From assembly GCF_026571515.1 (NCBI RefSeq), contig NW_026864408.1:1-64000 (forward strand): a DNA stretch of 64,000 nt, in the 5' to 3' direction. Positions 52,401 to 64,000 of this stretch are shown here, one piece after another. Within the stretch, counting starts at the first letter, position 1, and each line of letters starts with the position of its first letter. The notes beneath the pieces are model-generated. The model saw only the letters and a program-made list of their open reading frames with translations. It was not told where the DNA came from and searched no databases. This DNA comes from Ruditapes philippinarum (Eukaryota). The position numbers were made by a program, and so were the translations under genes.

Positions 52401-53926
52401 TCATTTGTTGATATGAATTTACGTCGTGTACAATCATTTAGTGATTTGATTATTTTTGTCGTGTACAATCATATTTTGTTGGTGATATGACTTTTCGTCG
52501 TGTACAACCATATGTTGATTTTTTTATATAGAATTTCATCGTGTACAATCATTTCTTGATTTGTTGATATGAGTTTTCATCGTGTACACTCATTTGGTGA
52601 TTTGATTATTTTTGTCGTGTACAATCACATGTTAATTTGTTGATATAAAATTTCGTCGTGTACAATCATTTGGTGATATGTATTTTTGGCGTGTACAATC
52701 ATATTTTGGTGATATGATTTTTCGTCGGGTACAGTCATTTGTTGATATGAGTTTTCGTCGTGTACTCTCATTTGGGGAATGATTATATTTGTCGTGTAAA
52801 ATTAATAGGTGATATGATTTTTCGTCGTGTACAATTGTTAGTGATCTAATTGTTCGTCGTGTATAATGTATCGATATAATATTAGCCGTTTTCTCTTGAT
52901 AAGTTCAGAACTTGATAGTCCTTTTTGATCGTACACGGCGTAGCTTATTTTCATCTTATTTATAACAACAACAAAAACGTGTTAATGTTACACACCTTAT
53001 AATATAAAAATGAACTGTCAAACGGTGATTTTGTATTTTTTTCAGCTCTATAATTGATATATGATATGATTACAAGTATCTAATGTAACATCACGCTTAC
53101 GGAGTCGTTTTGTATTAGTCCATCAAATAGGAGACTCTGGCCAATGTAAGGTAAATATTCATGTAAATTCCTATAAATTTGTATTTGTTAATTAATTATG
53201 ATATTTTATATATTTCTCTAACGCATGGACTCTGTCTGCAATCCCATTTGTTTTTGATTTATACAAGAATTAATGATATTTTCGTTTCTCGTTGATGTAA
53301 CACATTTATAAATTATTACAGATGTGGTCTTTCATACAATTGCCGATCCCTCAAAATTACAATTTCCCCGAATTACTTCTGCAAATAAACATCCGTCTTC
53401 TGAATAGAGCACTCAGTGACCTCTGTGATTATTTATCTTGATTGTCTCTTTTTTAATTTAAAAGAGTATGTTTTAAAGATATATGAACAATTATAATATT
53501 TTAAAATATTGAAAATCGGTACATTGTCTCTTTGTATATAAAGACAAAGTCAACATGTTTCAACACAGAGTATTAAACACCTTACACACTATGGGATACC
53601 ACAATATGAATACTAGCAGTTTTGTTGTTGTTGTTGTTGTTGCTGCTGCTGTTGTTGTTGTTGTTTTAGAAAGGACAAACTTTACTTGACCTGTTATAGG
53701 GAATGCAGCTTCACGTAAATAGTTTTTACATTTTTGTCTGATTCAAATTAGTCATATCCAGTAAGAATTTCATAAATTACAATAAACTTCGATCTGCAAT
53801 AAAATTATTTTACCCAAAGATGGGCTTAGTATATCTGTAATAGAAGATGAATAAAATTGTTATTTCAAGATTATTCATCAATTTTGTCCTGTTCAGTACA
53901 CAATAAAAGTATCCGTGACTCACCAT
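37450..53926 (-). CDS. Calmodulin-like 4-EF-hand protein with N-terminal extension (246-aa long form)
   Basis: Exons 53926-53924 (ATG|gtgagt, tentative), 45648-45324, 42289-42146, 41847-41672, 37816-37753, 37478-37450 (TAG); phases 0,1,1,0,1; 741 nt. EF loops DKNQDGMITKEE, DLDKSGTIDFEE, DENGDGFISSDE, DLNRDGKVDYRE. Too diverged to be canonical calmodulin. Confidence 0.88.
38352..41260. mobile_element. Non-autonomous TGT...ACA DNA element (Ginger/TDD-like termini) with inverted subterminal repeat arrays
   Basis: Left end TGTAGCGTCG plus a CCGCTAAATGTCGCA array (38370-38560); right TGCGACATTTAGCGG array (41077-41250) ending CGGCGCCACA. Flanks acgtt / acgtc. Lies in an intron of the calmodulin-like gene. 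Confidence 0.6.
39150..39335 (+). mobile_element. tRNA-derived SINE (MetaSINE-like family), partial
   Basis: B box gggttcgaatcc; core ttcatgtga.gaagc...gcttacggaacgtcggtggttctac; 3' ggaaagtcgc.atatgac. Same family as 43547-43790 and 63645-63848. Confidence 0.75.
42480..42683 (-). mobile_element. tRNA-derived SINE, internally deleted, with (AAAC)n/(AACC)n tail
   Basis: Minus strand head ggggcgtccgtagccgagggg...ccgctgtgggtttgaatcc; microsatellite tail at 42400-42470. Confidence 0.6.
43547..43790 (+). mobile_element. tRNA-derived SINE (MetaSINE-like family), diverged full length
   Basis: A box gtggccagattg, B box gttcgaatccc, core gaggaagttatcc.gctagcttc.gaacgtc.gtggttctac, 3' aaagtcgccatatgacc. 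Confidence 0.75.
44527..44551 (-). CDS. Candidate alternative first coding exon of the calmodulin-like gene (MAGDYDRT, 145-aa short form)
   Basis: atcATGGCTGGAGATTACGACAGAACAG|gttagt is phase 1, compatible with the acceptor at 42289. Confidence 0.5.
48896..49645 (-). CDS. Intronless 249-aa protein: N-terminal C2H2 zinc finger, helical C-terminal domain, acidic tail (element cargo)
   Basis: FTCLLCYKKFNKKYNLNRHSHLKH fits C2H2. TATAAAAA ~45 nt upstream (49694-49687), aataATGG start, AATAAA 10 nt after the stop (48886-48881). Confidence 0.85.
   Translation of the reverse strand: MVFTCLLCYKKFNKKYNLNRHSHLKHKNSMSENNISDGNTSDEEPNRKPYLYRNIFDRLRPNRSKSHHYEEDDNSEQDYDDESSTIGNDNGKQYDDVNKNKHIDIWKYFTELTYEQGDDVLNETASKMRNEDPDSSLEEIRNKAFEKLRSVYHKAFREVYLDFIGKMYALQRNPTHKKIMGTVKRLREEDNFETDEAIQYAVKKRKFMLERVMDKYPLPELEETFDDDDDDYDDDDDDDSEKETSSDKY
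49730..50660. repeat. TTGCTCAT-based tandem array (9-bp and ~13-bp subunits) inside the TIR element
   Basis: Seen directly; the overlapping plus-strand AHLLI/CSF ORFs are artefacts of it. Confidence 0.95.
52340..52870. repeat. ~30-40-bp minisatellite (gatatgatttttcgtcgtgtacaatcattt)
   Basis: The CGTGTACAATC core recurs about 15 times. Confidence 0.9.
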
Positions 53927-55287
53927 TTCTTTTGTGGAGTTCTAACATCCAGTTCTCTTCATCTCATTTTTTATCAATTTCTTCACGTTCTTCACTTCTC
54001 CAGTTTAGAAAAATCAAATACTAAATATAAGCACTTTCAAATCCTTCTCAACAAATTCCTTGATGAAATTTCTTATGAAAAATAACAGATAGTGAAATGG
54101 GGGTTTTCTCCGTTATATTTTCATAAGTCTACATGAAACATGTGTTACTCTCAGAGTTTACAGAAAGAGGGTTGTTACAAAAGTTCGCTAATTATAGGCT
54201 TAGGTAGAATTCGTTCTCCATTTCACTCAAGTGTTAGCATGTTGTTGTTGTTTTTTTGTTGTTGTTGTGGTTTTCGTTTTGTTGTTGTTGTGTTTTTTTT
54301 AACTGATGTTCATTATTATATGAATTTAGAAATGTTTTAATTTGAATATTATATGAAATGTATTAATATTTGCTAGTGTCTTAACTTTGTCACCTTTTTG
54401 TATGAAAATGAGTAACTATTCGCTAAATAGAGCTAGCCTTTGGGTGGTGCTTAACAAAATAAAACCCATGAGATGTACATGCTAAGTACTGAAGAAGACG
54501 GAAAAGTATGATGAGGTTCAAATCTGGAAAATTAAAATATTACTTAGTATGTGCGACTTAAACCGGGCACAAATTATAAACAGTGTAAAAAATGGCGGGA
54601 AAAGAAGACGCTGAGTCTCGCGATAACTTGACGAGAAAAAATAAGAAAATAAATAACATGTTATGCTCTCCATCACTGGATTATCTACTTTTCTTTACAG
54701 GCCCATTATGCCTAAGCATTGCTTTTCTGTTGATTTTTCAAAAGCTTTTTAAGGTGATAAGAATCTAACATGCTCTAAAACTATAATTCAACATTATAAA
54801 AAAAAATCATAGGTTTGTCCTGGAACATACGATACATTATAGTACATCCCAGGTTTGTCATTTCTAAATAAGAAAAGAAATTGTTTTTAAGGCACAATGT
54901 GCCTTTAATATATTGATGTTATATTGCATGACTAACAAGATTAAACATGGTTAAGGTAAAATCAAGACTACTAGCACCTTTGCACATGCCGATCGGTAAG
55001 CTTAACTTCTAGAATAAACATTTTGAACGACCCTCGTATTTGTTTATATACCTGTACAGAGTTTCTCGTGCCAAGCGAATCGAGATAAGGCTCATCAGCG
55101 AAACAGAGAGAACTACTCAGTGTTTTAATTATTCTTGATGCTATCTTATAATCAGTTTCACCAGTTTCAGGCCAAGTATAAATAAGTGAACAAATAAATT
55201 AAAACATTTACGTACAGATAGCGGCTTTTAGCGTTTCTCATGTTTAAAAACATAGTTTACGTCTCGGGTACCTTAAAGGAACTTCAA

Positions 55288-55436
55288 TTAGGTCCAATAG
55301 CCTTAATTCATAAAATTTGAAATTATTTCCACTGAGGTCCAAAAGATTTGAAATTCTTTCCACTGAGGTCCAATAGATTTGATATTCTTTCCACTGAGGT
55401 CCAATAGCCTATAATCATAAAATTTGAAATTCTTTC
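55288..55436. repeat. Short tandem repeat, ~31 bp (gaaattctttccactgaggtccaatagattt)
   Basis: Three copies plus a duplicated flank cataaaatttgaaatt. Confidence 0.8.
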
Positions 55437-57231
55437 ATAACTGAACTGGTATACATAAAATTTTGTACTTAAAATGAAAAACTATGCAATAGATGATATA
55501 TGCAGGTAGTAAATCAAAAATCGATTTTTATGAGATATTTTGGAAACGCAACGCTTTTCATTTTGGGGTCAATTTGTATAATGCAATTGATTGAGTAAGC
55601 GAATGACCTTAAATTTTGTACACGATTCTTTGGTCAAGACCTACATCCAGTTATACAAAAACATTAAAAAAAAATATTTCCGGTCATTTCATGTAAAAAA
55701 AGTTAAAAAACTCAATTGTCTGTCCCTTGAAACATCTCGGACAGGAACCATGTAGTTGTTTGTCATGGAATGGAATTGGAACAAACTAAATAATTCGTAG
55801 CACATGTATTTTTATTTGAACACATGAGAATCCATTGTCAACCGTATAGTATTTTTATATCTGATCACATCCTTATAAAACTAACACTAATATAATTTCA
55901 GCATTCATCATATTTTCTGAAATAATGCCTTTGCCTACGGTTCCTGTCCGGAAAATACCGGGGATAGAATTAGATATGTGGGCTCCGAGACCTGTCTCGA
56001 ATATCAGGATTTTCATTGGTCAGTCAACATTCTGTGTCGATTACTGACCAATCAAATTCTTGTGACTTGAGTTTGAGGCGAGAATATTTTTTACCTCGAA
56101 CACAGGTCTGAACAACTTCATATTTCATATAGTTTGCGTTTCCTGTGCTTCGTTAAGTAGTTCGTCTGCTAATTATTCCATTCATCTTCATACATAACAG
56201 GTAAGTTATCTGGTTGTTGTTGGTTTTTACAAGAAGTGCAGTATTTGGATTGCACAATTGTATAGGTAAATTGAGATCTTGTTTGATAAGATATAAATCT
56301 CAAGGAGTAGGGTTGCGTCTTATTTATCAGGTTGTAAATCATCTGATTAGTTTAGTTTAATCATATTTTATTGCCATTTTTCTTTCTATACGAAACAGAT
56401 ACAGTGTCACATGCAAACATTATCGAATAAATACGGTATTTATACATGGATGCTGTAGATGTTCATAAAAAGCAAAGGGGTCGTACCACAACTTTTATAA
56501 CAACATTTGAGAGTTGGCCTCAATAAAAGTAAAAAAAGATGTACATAAAGTCTGTTGTATACGAAATACAATAAATGGTACATATTAGCAATGCTTATCC
56601 ATTCTTTATTTCGCTATTTCTGTCTCTCTTTATTACTTTTTCTAATTCAAGTTTTGTCGGTATTTGATCTTTTTTTGTAAAATCAAATTATATCTATGCA
56701 AAACAGATTGGCGCATCGTGACAGTGTCATCCATGGAACACATTTTCTATTTACAAAAAATAAAATGTTTATACCGAAAGAGTGAAAACTTTGTCGGCGT
56801 CCTCACCGTGCTGTCCAGCCTTTTACTGTTCTACAATTGTTTTGTAATTAAAAAAAATGATCACGGATAGTTATTTGTTTGGGTCGTCAGACCAAACAAA
56901 TAATGGTTTAGTGAAATTTCAGACTCTAATGCTGTTAATTGCAAGTGCCGAAAGTAGTCCGCTTTTTTGAAGCGGTTACTTCCCTTTATATGTTACACTT
57001 AGGCCGAAAAATTTAGGGGAGATCACTGCATAAATACGGTCACATGACAGGCGGATTAATTTTCAAGCAAAACAATTCCCGAATAGTCGAAGATTTCAAA
57101 TATTGTTTTATTCTTCAGATATACATGCTTATAGTAAGCGCCATGATTATTTACACAAGTGTTAAACAACAGTTAGCGTCGTTACAAACCCTAACAAGAA
57201 TAATATGGTTTTCTTCAGGCCGCTAAAAGTA

Positions 57232-57307
57232 AATTTAACCGTGGCCGAGGCGTATGCGCGCTCGCTTAGGAAGCGAGAGGTCTGGAGTTCAAAACCCAGT
57301 TAAGGCA
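57232..57307 (+). pseudogene. tRNA-Pro(AGG)-derived sequence
   Basis: A box GTGGCCGAGG; anticodon arm CTCGC-TTAGGAA-GCGAG followed by AGGTC as in eukaryotic tRNA-Pro; B box GTTCAAAACC; oligo-T at 57313-57321. Acceptor and T stems are imperfect. Confidence 0.6.
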
Positions 57308-60300
57308 CCTCATTTTTTTTTCAAATTGTTTAAGTCAAATAAACATTGGATCGAATATCAGTGTTGCAATTAGTCTTATAGCCAATCTACTACAATTAAA
57401 ACGCTGGAAAGCATTGGTGGCACTATACAAAAACAAATTGTTTTATAATCTCACAACCTTCACCTTTCTGACATTCTGAGACCAAAACAAATTCAGCGCC
57501 TTCTGTGCTTTGATTTTTATATTACAGTAGTTATCTTTTATTTACAGTAGCCCAATACAGTTCATGTATGGCGAAAGCGTTAGGACAAATTTCAGATTTT
57601 TGAGCCGATGCGAGTGGTACATGTATGCTTGACAAATAATTACAGTCCTTGTGTTTCTTACTAAATGGGTTTGAGGGCAGCTTGCTGTCCAATCTCTTGA
57701 CCGTCTGTCTTTCGTTGTCTAATATTCAGTGGCAAAAACAACTGTAAGTTAACGTCAAAGTGCCATTGACAAGGCGCAAAGACAACTTAAAACATACAAG
57801 TTTTACGACATCTTTTAAACTTAAGAGGCAGTTCGAACTCTGGTTTTGCATTGTAATCGGCTTTTCGATAAATGACACCTAGATTACGATAAAAGACACC
57901 TCAGTTTTCATTACCCTAATGTTATCAACGAAAAGTTAATACCTTATTCAGTCTCATTTGTATTCAATGCCGGCACTGGTAGAGCAAATGCAACTTCTTA
58001 ATTCTTTGTTACAAGGGAGTCATTATGGCCCTGGATTGCTCAACTGAAAACTTTTGCAGAAGAATATTAAGCAAAAGGACTTATTTTCAGTCCAGATTCT
58101 GAAACCTCTGCTTGAAGGTTTTCTTACAAATGTAGCACTAGCAGCTCATAAATTACTTTTATATACTTTTATAAGAAAACAAACAGCAAAATTTCATTTC
58201 AATGTCATTTATTTTCTTTATAAGCAATTTATTTTACACCACAGCAAATAAACAACAAAATCTACATTCTATTTTATAGTTGACAACATAAACAGATATA
58301 AATAGATCATGACGTCATAAACCTAAATATAGAATCTTCAGATGATAAAACAAATCACCAACAAAATGAGGAGAAAATTCTACATGTATATAAATAACAA
58401 AAAGAACATTAAAACCCCCCTTTGTCATTAAAAATTTGAATAAAATAATGAAAATATGAGTAAAAGTTTAATAATGAGTAACTCTGAATTTCTGTTTTTT
58501 TCTTTTTTTCTCATCGTTTTCTAGTCACCATATGAATACAAATATAAATGCAAATAATACTTGAATTGTTTTAATGTAAAACCAAACAATAAAGAAGTGT
58601 CCATCATAAAATAGTGTTTCTTCCTCATAAAAGTAATGTTCAGCATACAAAGCCTAAAAAAATAATACATAAACTGGGGATAAATGAGATTTATTATTAA
58701 AAGGATATTCAAGTGTACATGTATAATATCAATTCTATATATATCTGATAATCTTATAGTCATTCAAGACCTATGGTCAAAATGGCTAAAAATAGAAACA
58801 TATAATTTCATAAAACTATTATAAATAAATAAAATAGTCACTGGTATAAAGTGGACATTTATATAAGTTTTACATTTAACATGAGAAGTAATAAAAATCT
58901 ATAAATATTGTTCAATGATTTTGTCTTGGTTTTTGAGATTCTCAAAAAGTAAATTGATTGTTAACAAATAAAAATTGGAAACCAGTCAAAAGAGATCCAA
59001 TTGGTCAATTTCAAAACCATATTAACCAATCATATGCTAGAATTTTTGACTGGTTTCAAAATTACATTTTCAAAACAAATTAACCAATCAGATTGCTAGA
59101 AAGTCTGACTGGTTCACAATCTAATTATTTTACAGCTTTTAAAAAACAAATCTTTCACATCAAATCAAATTTTCATTCATCAACTGATTAATGTAAAGTT
59201 GAATTTCATTCAAACATACATTTTTTCAGAAATAAACATCAAAATAACAAAAACAAATGAACACAGAAATAAATCTAATTTGTAAGTAACTAAAAACAAA
59301 ACCTAAGAGATTCTAAAGTAAAACCCTGAACCCGAAATTGTAGCAATGTCAAACAAAGCTTAAAATATTACATATTATACATACAATTATTATACACATA
59401 GCAGGTTCAATACAAAACAGTTTTGCTGCTCTTACTCTGGATTCAAACATTTTCCATGCCTCAAGTTGAGCCAAAATATTTCAAAAAAATCAAACTTGAG
59501 GAAAATTTACTGAGATTTTAAGAAAAAGTAAAGCGATTAATGACTTATCACCATATTCCTCAGCCATCCAGTAAGGGATGTTTTGGTTTATATTGGACCT
59601 TTTTTGAAAACAAGTGTCTTTTGCAAGATCTTAATTACCTTTTGTTCACTTCACAATATTTTAGTTATAAATACATTTTCAAAATTTTCATGAGAATTTG
59701 CAAGAATCAGGAGGCATGCTGCTTTAAAATCTGCCTTACCTTCTTCTATACATTATACAGACATAACAAGCTAGCACTCCTATTCAGCCAGATGAAACGC
59801 TGAAACTATTGGTTGCATAAATATTACCATTTTCAAACTGAAAACCCCTTTAATCAGTAATGGAAGGCTCCAAATTCAAAAGCAGGGCAATCCCATTATA
59901 ATGTACAAGGGTAAAAGTTGAAACATTTTTTTAACAAATTTTGCAATGAACCCACATAAGTTACAAAAACATACAATATACCAACTCCCACCACATACAT
60001 CTCAATTGTTATTCAAACAAGACAAGTCATAAAATTACAAAAAGAAAACATAGATAAAGAGGTGATATGATAAAGTAATGAAATAAAATAATGGTGATGT
60101 TATAAATACAAGGTGCAATAAAAATATATGATACTAAACACAATATATGATACTAAATACATAATGTGAGGGAAATTGTGCACCATAATTACTGACTCAA
60201 ATAGTATACTGGAGACAATTTTATTTCCCCAAAAAGGTGGGGGTATAACAGGGGGAGGGGACTGGAATGGAATAAACCTTATATTTAGATGAAATGGAAT

Positions 60301-61034
60301 AAGCCTAATATTCAGTTAAATGGATTAAAGCTTATATTCGGATAATTTGTATAACTAAATGAAATTAACCAAATATTCAATTCATAACAACTATTCCAAG
60401 AAGCTGACATTGGGATACTGGTCTCAGGACAATTTTGACTTGCATGTTATTTTATCTTGCCATATCAAAATTAAGGCTCCTTTAATTACAAAAGTATGGT
60501 TTTAAAAATAGTAAAACATACATTTAAATTTATTACTATATAACAGCAAAAGGAGGACTAAGTTTGGAGATAAAAAAATCAAATTTATATTCAACCAATG
60601 GATGGCCTGTTTGATTTTACATGTAGTAATAATGATAAATGTATTTTTTACATAAATATTGGTTATTTACAATATTTATTTGACACTTAAATGTAACATT
60701 ATGCTTTTATGGAAAGTAAGTCAAACAAAATAAAGATATTAAATATATCAGCATTGTTTATGAAAACCTATTTCAACAAAACATTTAATATAGGAAAGAG
60801 CATTTGCTATTTATTTCATACTCCCAGCAATATTTCAAATATTATTGTGTCTTGACAGTTTAAACTACGTAGAATAGCTAATCATTTTCATATAAATTGA
60901 GTTACAATTATCAAATTTGGGGAAAACTTTTTTCCTCAATAATGCCTCACTTTGATAATGAAATGTAATGATTATCAGTATAGAAAATGCATATTACACA
61001 ACTTAACTGTATGGAATACACAAAAATGTACACA

Positions 61035-61330
61035 TAATGCAATAATTTGTGTACTAAATGAGTGTTACACAACGCAAAAATGCATATTGTACCCCAAATT
61101 TTATACTATAAAAATTTATGTAGGAAATTAGTGTAGCACTACAAAACTATATGTAATACCTAAATTAAATTTTTCAGCGTATTGCAATAATTTGTGCATA
61201 AAAGGAGTGTTACACAACGTAAAATGTATATTGTACCCCAAATTTTATACCATGTTATTATTTATGTAGAAAATATGTGTTACACAACAATTTCTATGAA
61301 ATATCTCAATATTTTGCAAACTTATACCTG
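61035..61330. repeat. Diverged ~145-bp tandem duplication
   Basis: gagtgttacacaacg.aaaatg.atattgtaccccaaattttatac at ~61060 and ~61205. Confidence 0.75.
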
Positions 61331-61398
61331 ATAATTCATGTAGATAAATGCATGTTACACATCAAAAACATTAACAATACAATGCATTTTTCTATATA

Positions 61399-61728
61399 GA
61401 CAAGAGCTGTCAGTAGGACAGTGTGCTCAACTATTCTCAGTGTTTGATAGTAAAACAAGAGCCTGGATAATGTATAATTCAATTTTCTTAGTTCAAAAAA
61501 GGGTCATAATTCTGTCTAAATCCCTGTTAAGAGTTATGGACCTTGGATAGTGACATACTGTTATGCCTTCAAATAAATGTGTGATTATCAGAAGTTCCAA
61601 CCCATTTCCTTCAGAAGTTTTGGGGAAATCAACTTGCATGCAAAAATTTAACCAAAGTGTGATGGCGACAACAACGCCTAGGTGTGTACAATAGCTCTCC
61701 ATCTTCTTTGAATAGTCAAACTGAAAAT
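61399..61728 (+). mobile_element. HINE/pearl-like non-autonomous element
   Basis: Starts acaagagctgtc; subterminal inverted pair caactattc / gaatagtcaa; internal aaagggtcataattc...agagttatgg module. Confidence 0.55.
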
Positions 61729-61914
61729 ACATGCAACACTAACACCAATGCATGTAGTATATTACATATACATATAATAAATTATATATCAGCACATTTT
61801 TGTTTGTATTATGTACACAACTTACGTAAGATATAAATGGTTTTAAATTGAAAGACGCACTATTCATAAATCAGGTTGTCTGTGATGTGATTGTTTCCAT
61901 GTAAACAAGTTATA

Positions 61915-62075
61915 TACAAACAATGGTATAACGTGAAACAATGGTATAACAGGAAGATAAGAAAAGGTATAACATGAAAGCAATGGATATAAACATTGGT
62001 ATAACGTGAAAACAATGGTATAATATGAAACAATGGATATTACCATTGGCATAACATAAAACAATGAATATAAAC
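61915..62075. repeat. ~19-bp minisatellite (aaacaatggtataacgtg)
   Basis: Seen directly; several diverged copies. Confidence 0.8.
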
Positions 62076-63644
62076 AGTTATAAAAGTCATTGGTATGACA
62101 TGACATAAATGCAATGAGCATACCTGATATTTTCATTTTTTTACAACATAACTTGTACAACAAACAAGAATATTTGTAACTCCGAAGAAAGCTCCCAGAT
62201 GTTGCTTTAACAAAACAACAAACATGACTTTACAATAAATAGTTGGAAAATCTATTTATAGCAACAGTGACCTTGACTTTTGATCCAATCAACCTTAAAA
62301 ACACTACTAGAGTAGTAACTGTCTTTGAAAGGTACCTACACTTTAAATTTACTAACATATCAGTCAATAAATGAAGTTTTATACAAAATTTTTATTGGTA
62401 TGTCACACATGGGGACATATTGGGGCAAGAACCAACCAGCAAATATAATGCCCCCAATCAAAAAAGATTTATGAAAATATTTATGAAACATTGTATAAAA
62501 ATGCCCAAATTTCCAAATTTGATTCTGAGGCTTCATATAAACATCATGGCAAAAAGTAAACAAAATTACTAGTAATTTTAGTCATCAATAATTAAATAAC
62601 AGTGTGTCACCTTAAAAATAAATTTTCATTTGATTCATGGCATTTAGAGCATTTCAAACATTTATGGTTTTTAGACTTTTTAAAAAGCATTTTTAAAGGT
62701 TCTTGCTAAAGAAACATTTTTAAGTTCATGTTACTCAAGGAGCCCCACCCATCAGAATATGCAATACTGCAGCAAAGACGTTGGTACCCAGCTAAATAAA
62801 CTGACGATGTTGTAGACAAGTACCTGGGAACCATAGTTTCATAAATAAAGATAATTTAAAATAAATGTAAAGGTGTATGTTAGATACCCAGAGATTTTTA
62901 AGTTGTGTTTTCAATCATTCATATAACAGTTGATCCTCAAAAAAAGCAGAACAATTAGATCTAGAAATAAATAAATAAATACATTGTAAAAGTTAAAACT
63001 GAAAATTTCATTCTAATAAGTAAAGAGGTCTATTAAAAATTAATATCTTAAACCTATAACAAATGCATAAATATAATTTCAACAATTTCAAGTAAAAACG
63101 TTGTAAGTAAAAAATGAAGGCATTTCTGAATATGTCACATTTATAACGACACATTACGTTAACACTACAACAACGAAAGCTGCCTTTGGTTAGGAAGGAC
63201 ATCGTGTATTCTATTAATTGTATACACGATAAGTTTAGCGAGTATAAATGCAGTTAACACGCGAATCAAATATTCCATTCACAACAAAAAAATAATGGTT
63301 TTGATTTCAATTAATGTTCACACTTGTTTTTATCAATTGGTCGAGAAAGATGAAAATCTGTTAAAGAATTCCAGATTATCGAAGCCCTGTAGAAAATAGG
63401 AACACCCTAGAACAGCCTGTTCTACGGTGTTCCTATTTATAGAAAAAAAAATATTAACGAAGGTAGGTGGTCATTGCGACTAGAGATTCTGTATTTTGTA
63501 ACTGAATTATGCATGTCAGTGTCTTTGGTACGTGAATAATGTGACAATTGATACTTGGTCAAGTCACCTTGCAAATTTCAAGGATAAAAATTTATCTATA
63601 TTAAGAGAAATGGTCTTAGAGATGATTTCTAACTCGGGTTTTAG

Positions 63645-63848
63645 TGTGATTGATGGAGTTTTACATCACACCGACACAGTATGGGTTATATGGCGATGTT
63701 CCAGCTTTACTGGTGGAGGAAGACCTCAGGTGCCTTGCCATGCATTATTTCAGGCACAAACTGGCACCAGAGTAGAACCATCCGTGTTCCATAAACTAGC
63801 TGGATAGCTTCCTCACATGAAAGAATCCAAAGTCCCTGGAAGGGTTCT
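63645..63848 (-). mobile_element. tRNA-derived SINE (MetaSINE-like family), 5'-truncated
   Basis: Minus strand ggattctttcatgtgaggaagctatccagctagtttatggaacacggatggttctac...gggtcttcctccacca-like...cgccatataacc matches the copies at 39150 and 43547; explains ORF 63532-63807. Confidence 0.8.
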
Positions 63849-64000
63849 AGTGTACAGGTGTTTTTATATGGATATCAATATATAAACAATACTGAATGCC
63901 AATACTCCCTGATTTTGTTCTAAATGCTCGAAAAAAATACAACCAAAAAAATCTACTATATAAAACTTAAATTTTGTTCCTACAATGTAAAGGACATTCT

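Noticed and set aside
52340-52870. Regularly spaced conserved motif resembling a CRISPR array
   Set aside because: Eukaryotic context; the 'spacers' are similar to each other and there are no cas genes, so it is a minisatellite.
58150-63500. Long A-rich stretch that might be the 3' UTR of a minus-strand gene beyond the window
   Set aside because: Compositional impression only; no coding exon seen.

Overview
AT-rich, repeat-rich, intron-containing animal genomic DNA. The SINE and MITE families resemble those of bivalve molluscs (inference). There are two assembly gaps (30350-30479, 46602-46733). Three minus-strand spliced genes can be reconstructed by hand with phase-consistent GT-AG junctions. 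(1) A small CARD gene at 2218-3780, possibly CARD-only. (2) A 7-exon, 716-aa gene at 24100-34387 that fuses two tandem RIG-I-like CARDs, a PARP14-like KH-type segment and one C-terminal macrodomain with macroH2A-like motifs, with no helicase or PARP catalytic domain; this is the most striking feature and a candidate ADP-ribose-sensing innate immune adaptor. (3) A 4-EF-hand calmodulin-like gene at 37450-53926 with an unusual 108-aa Lys/Pro-rich N-terminal exon and a possible short alternative first exon. Mobile DNA includes a decayed 9.6-kb Gypsy LTR element (TSD TAAT, PNMA-like gag, pol lacking RNase H and integrase, NF-kB/CRE/CCAAT/ETS cluster in its leader), a CR1/L2-type LINE 3' end, a mariner fragment, a Harbinger non-autonomous element, a TGT...ACA element, several SINEs and MITEs, and a young ~4.5-kb element with ~570-bp terminal inverted repeats carrying one intact intronless C2H2 zinc-finger gene (probable Maverick/Polinton derivative). 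All family assignments come from motif recognition by eye, not database searches.
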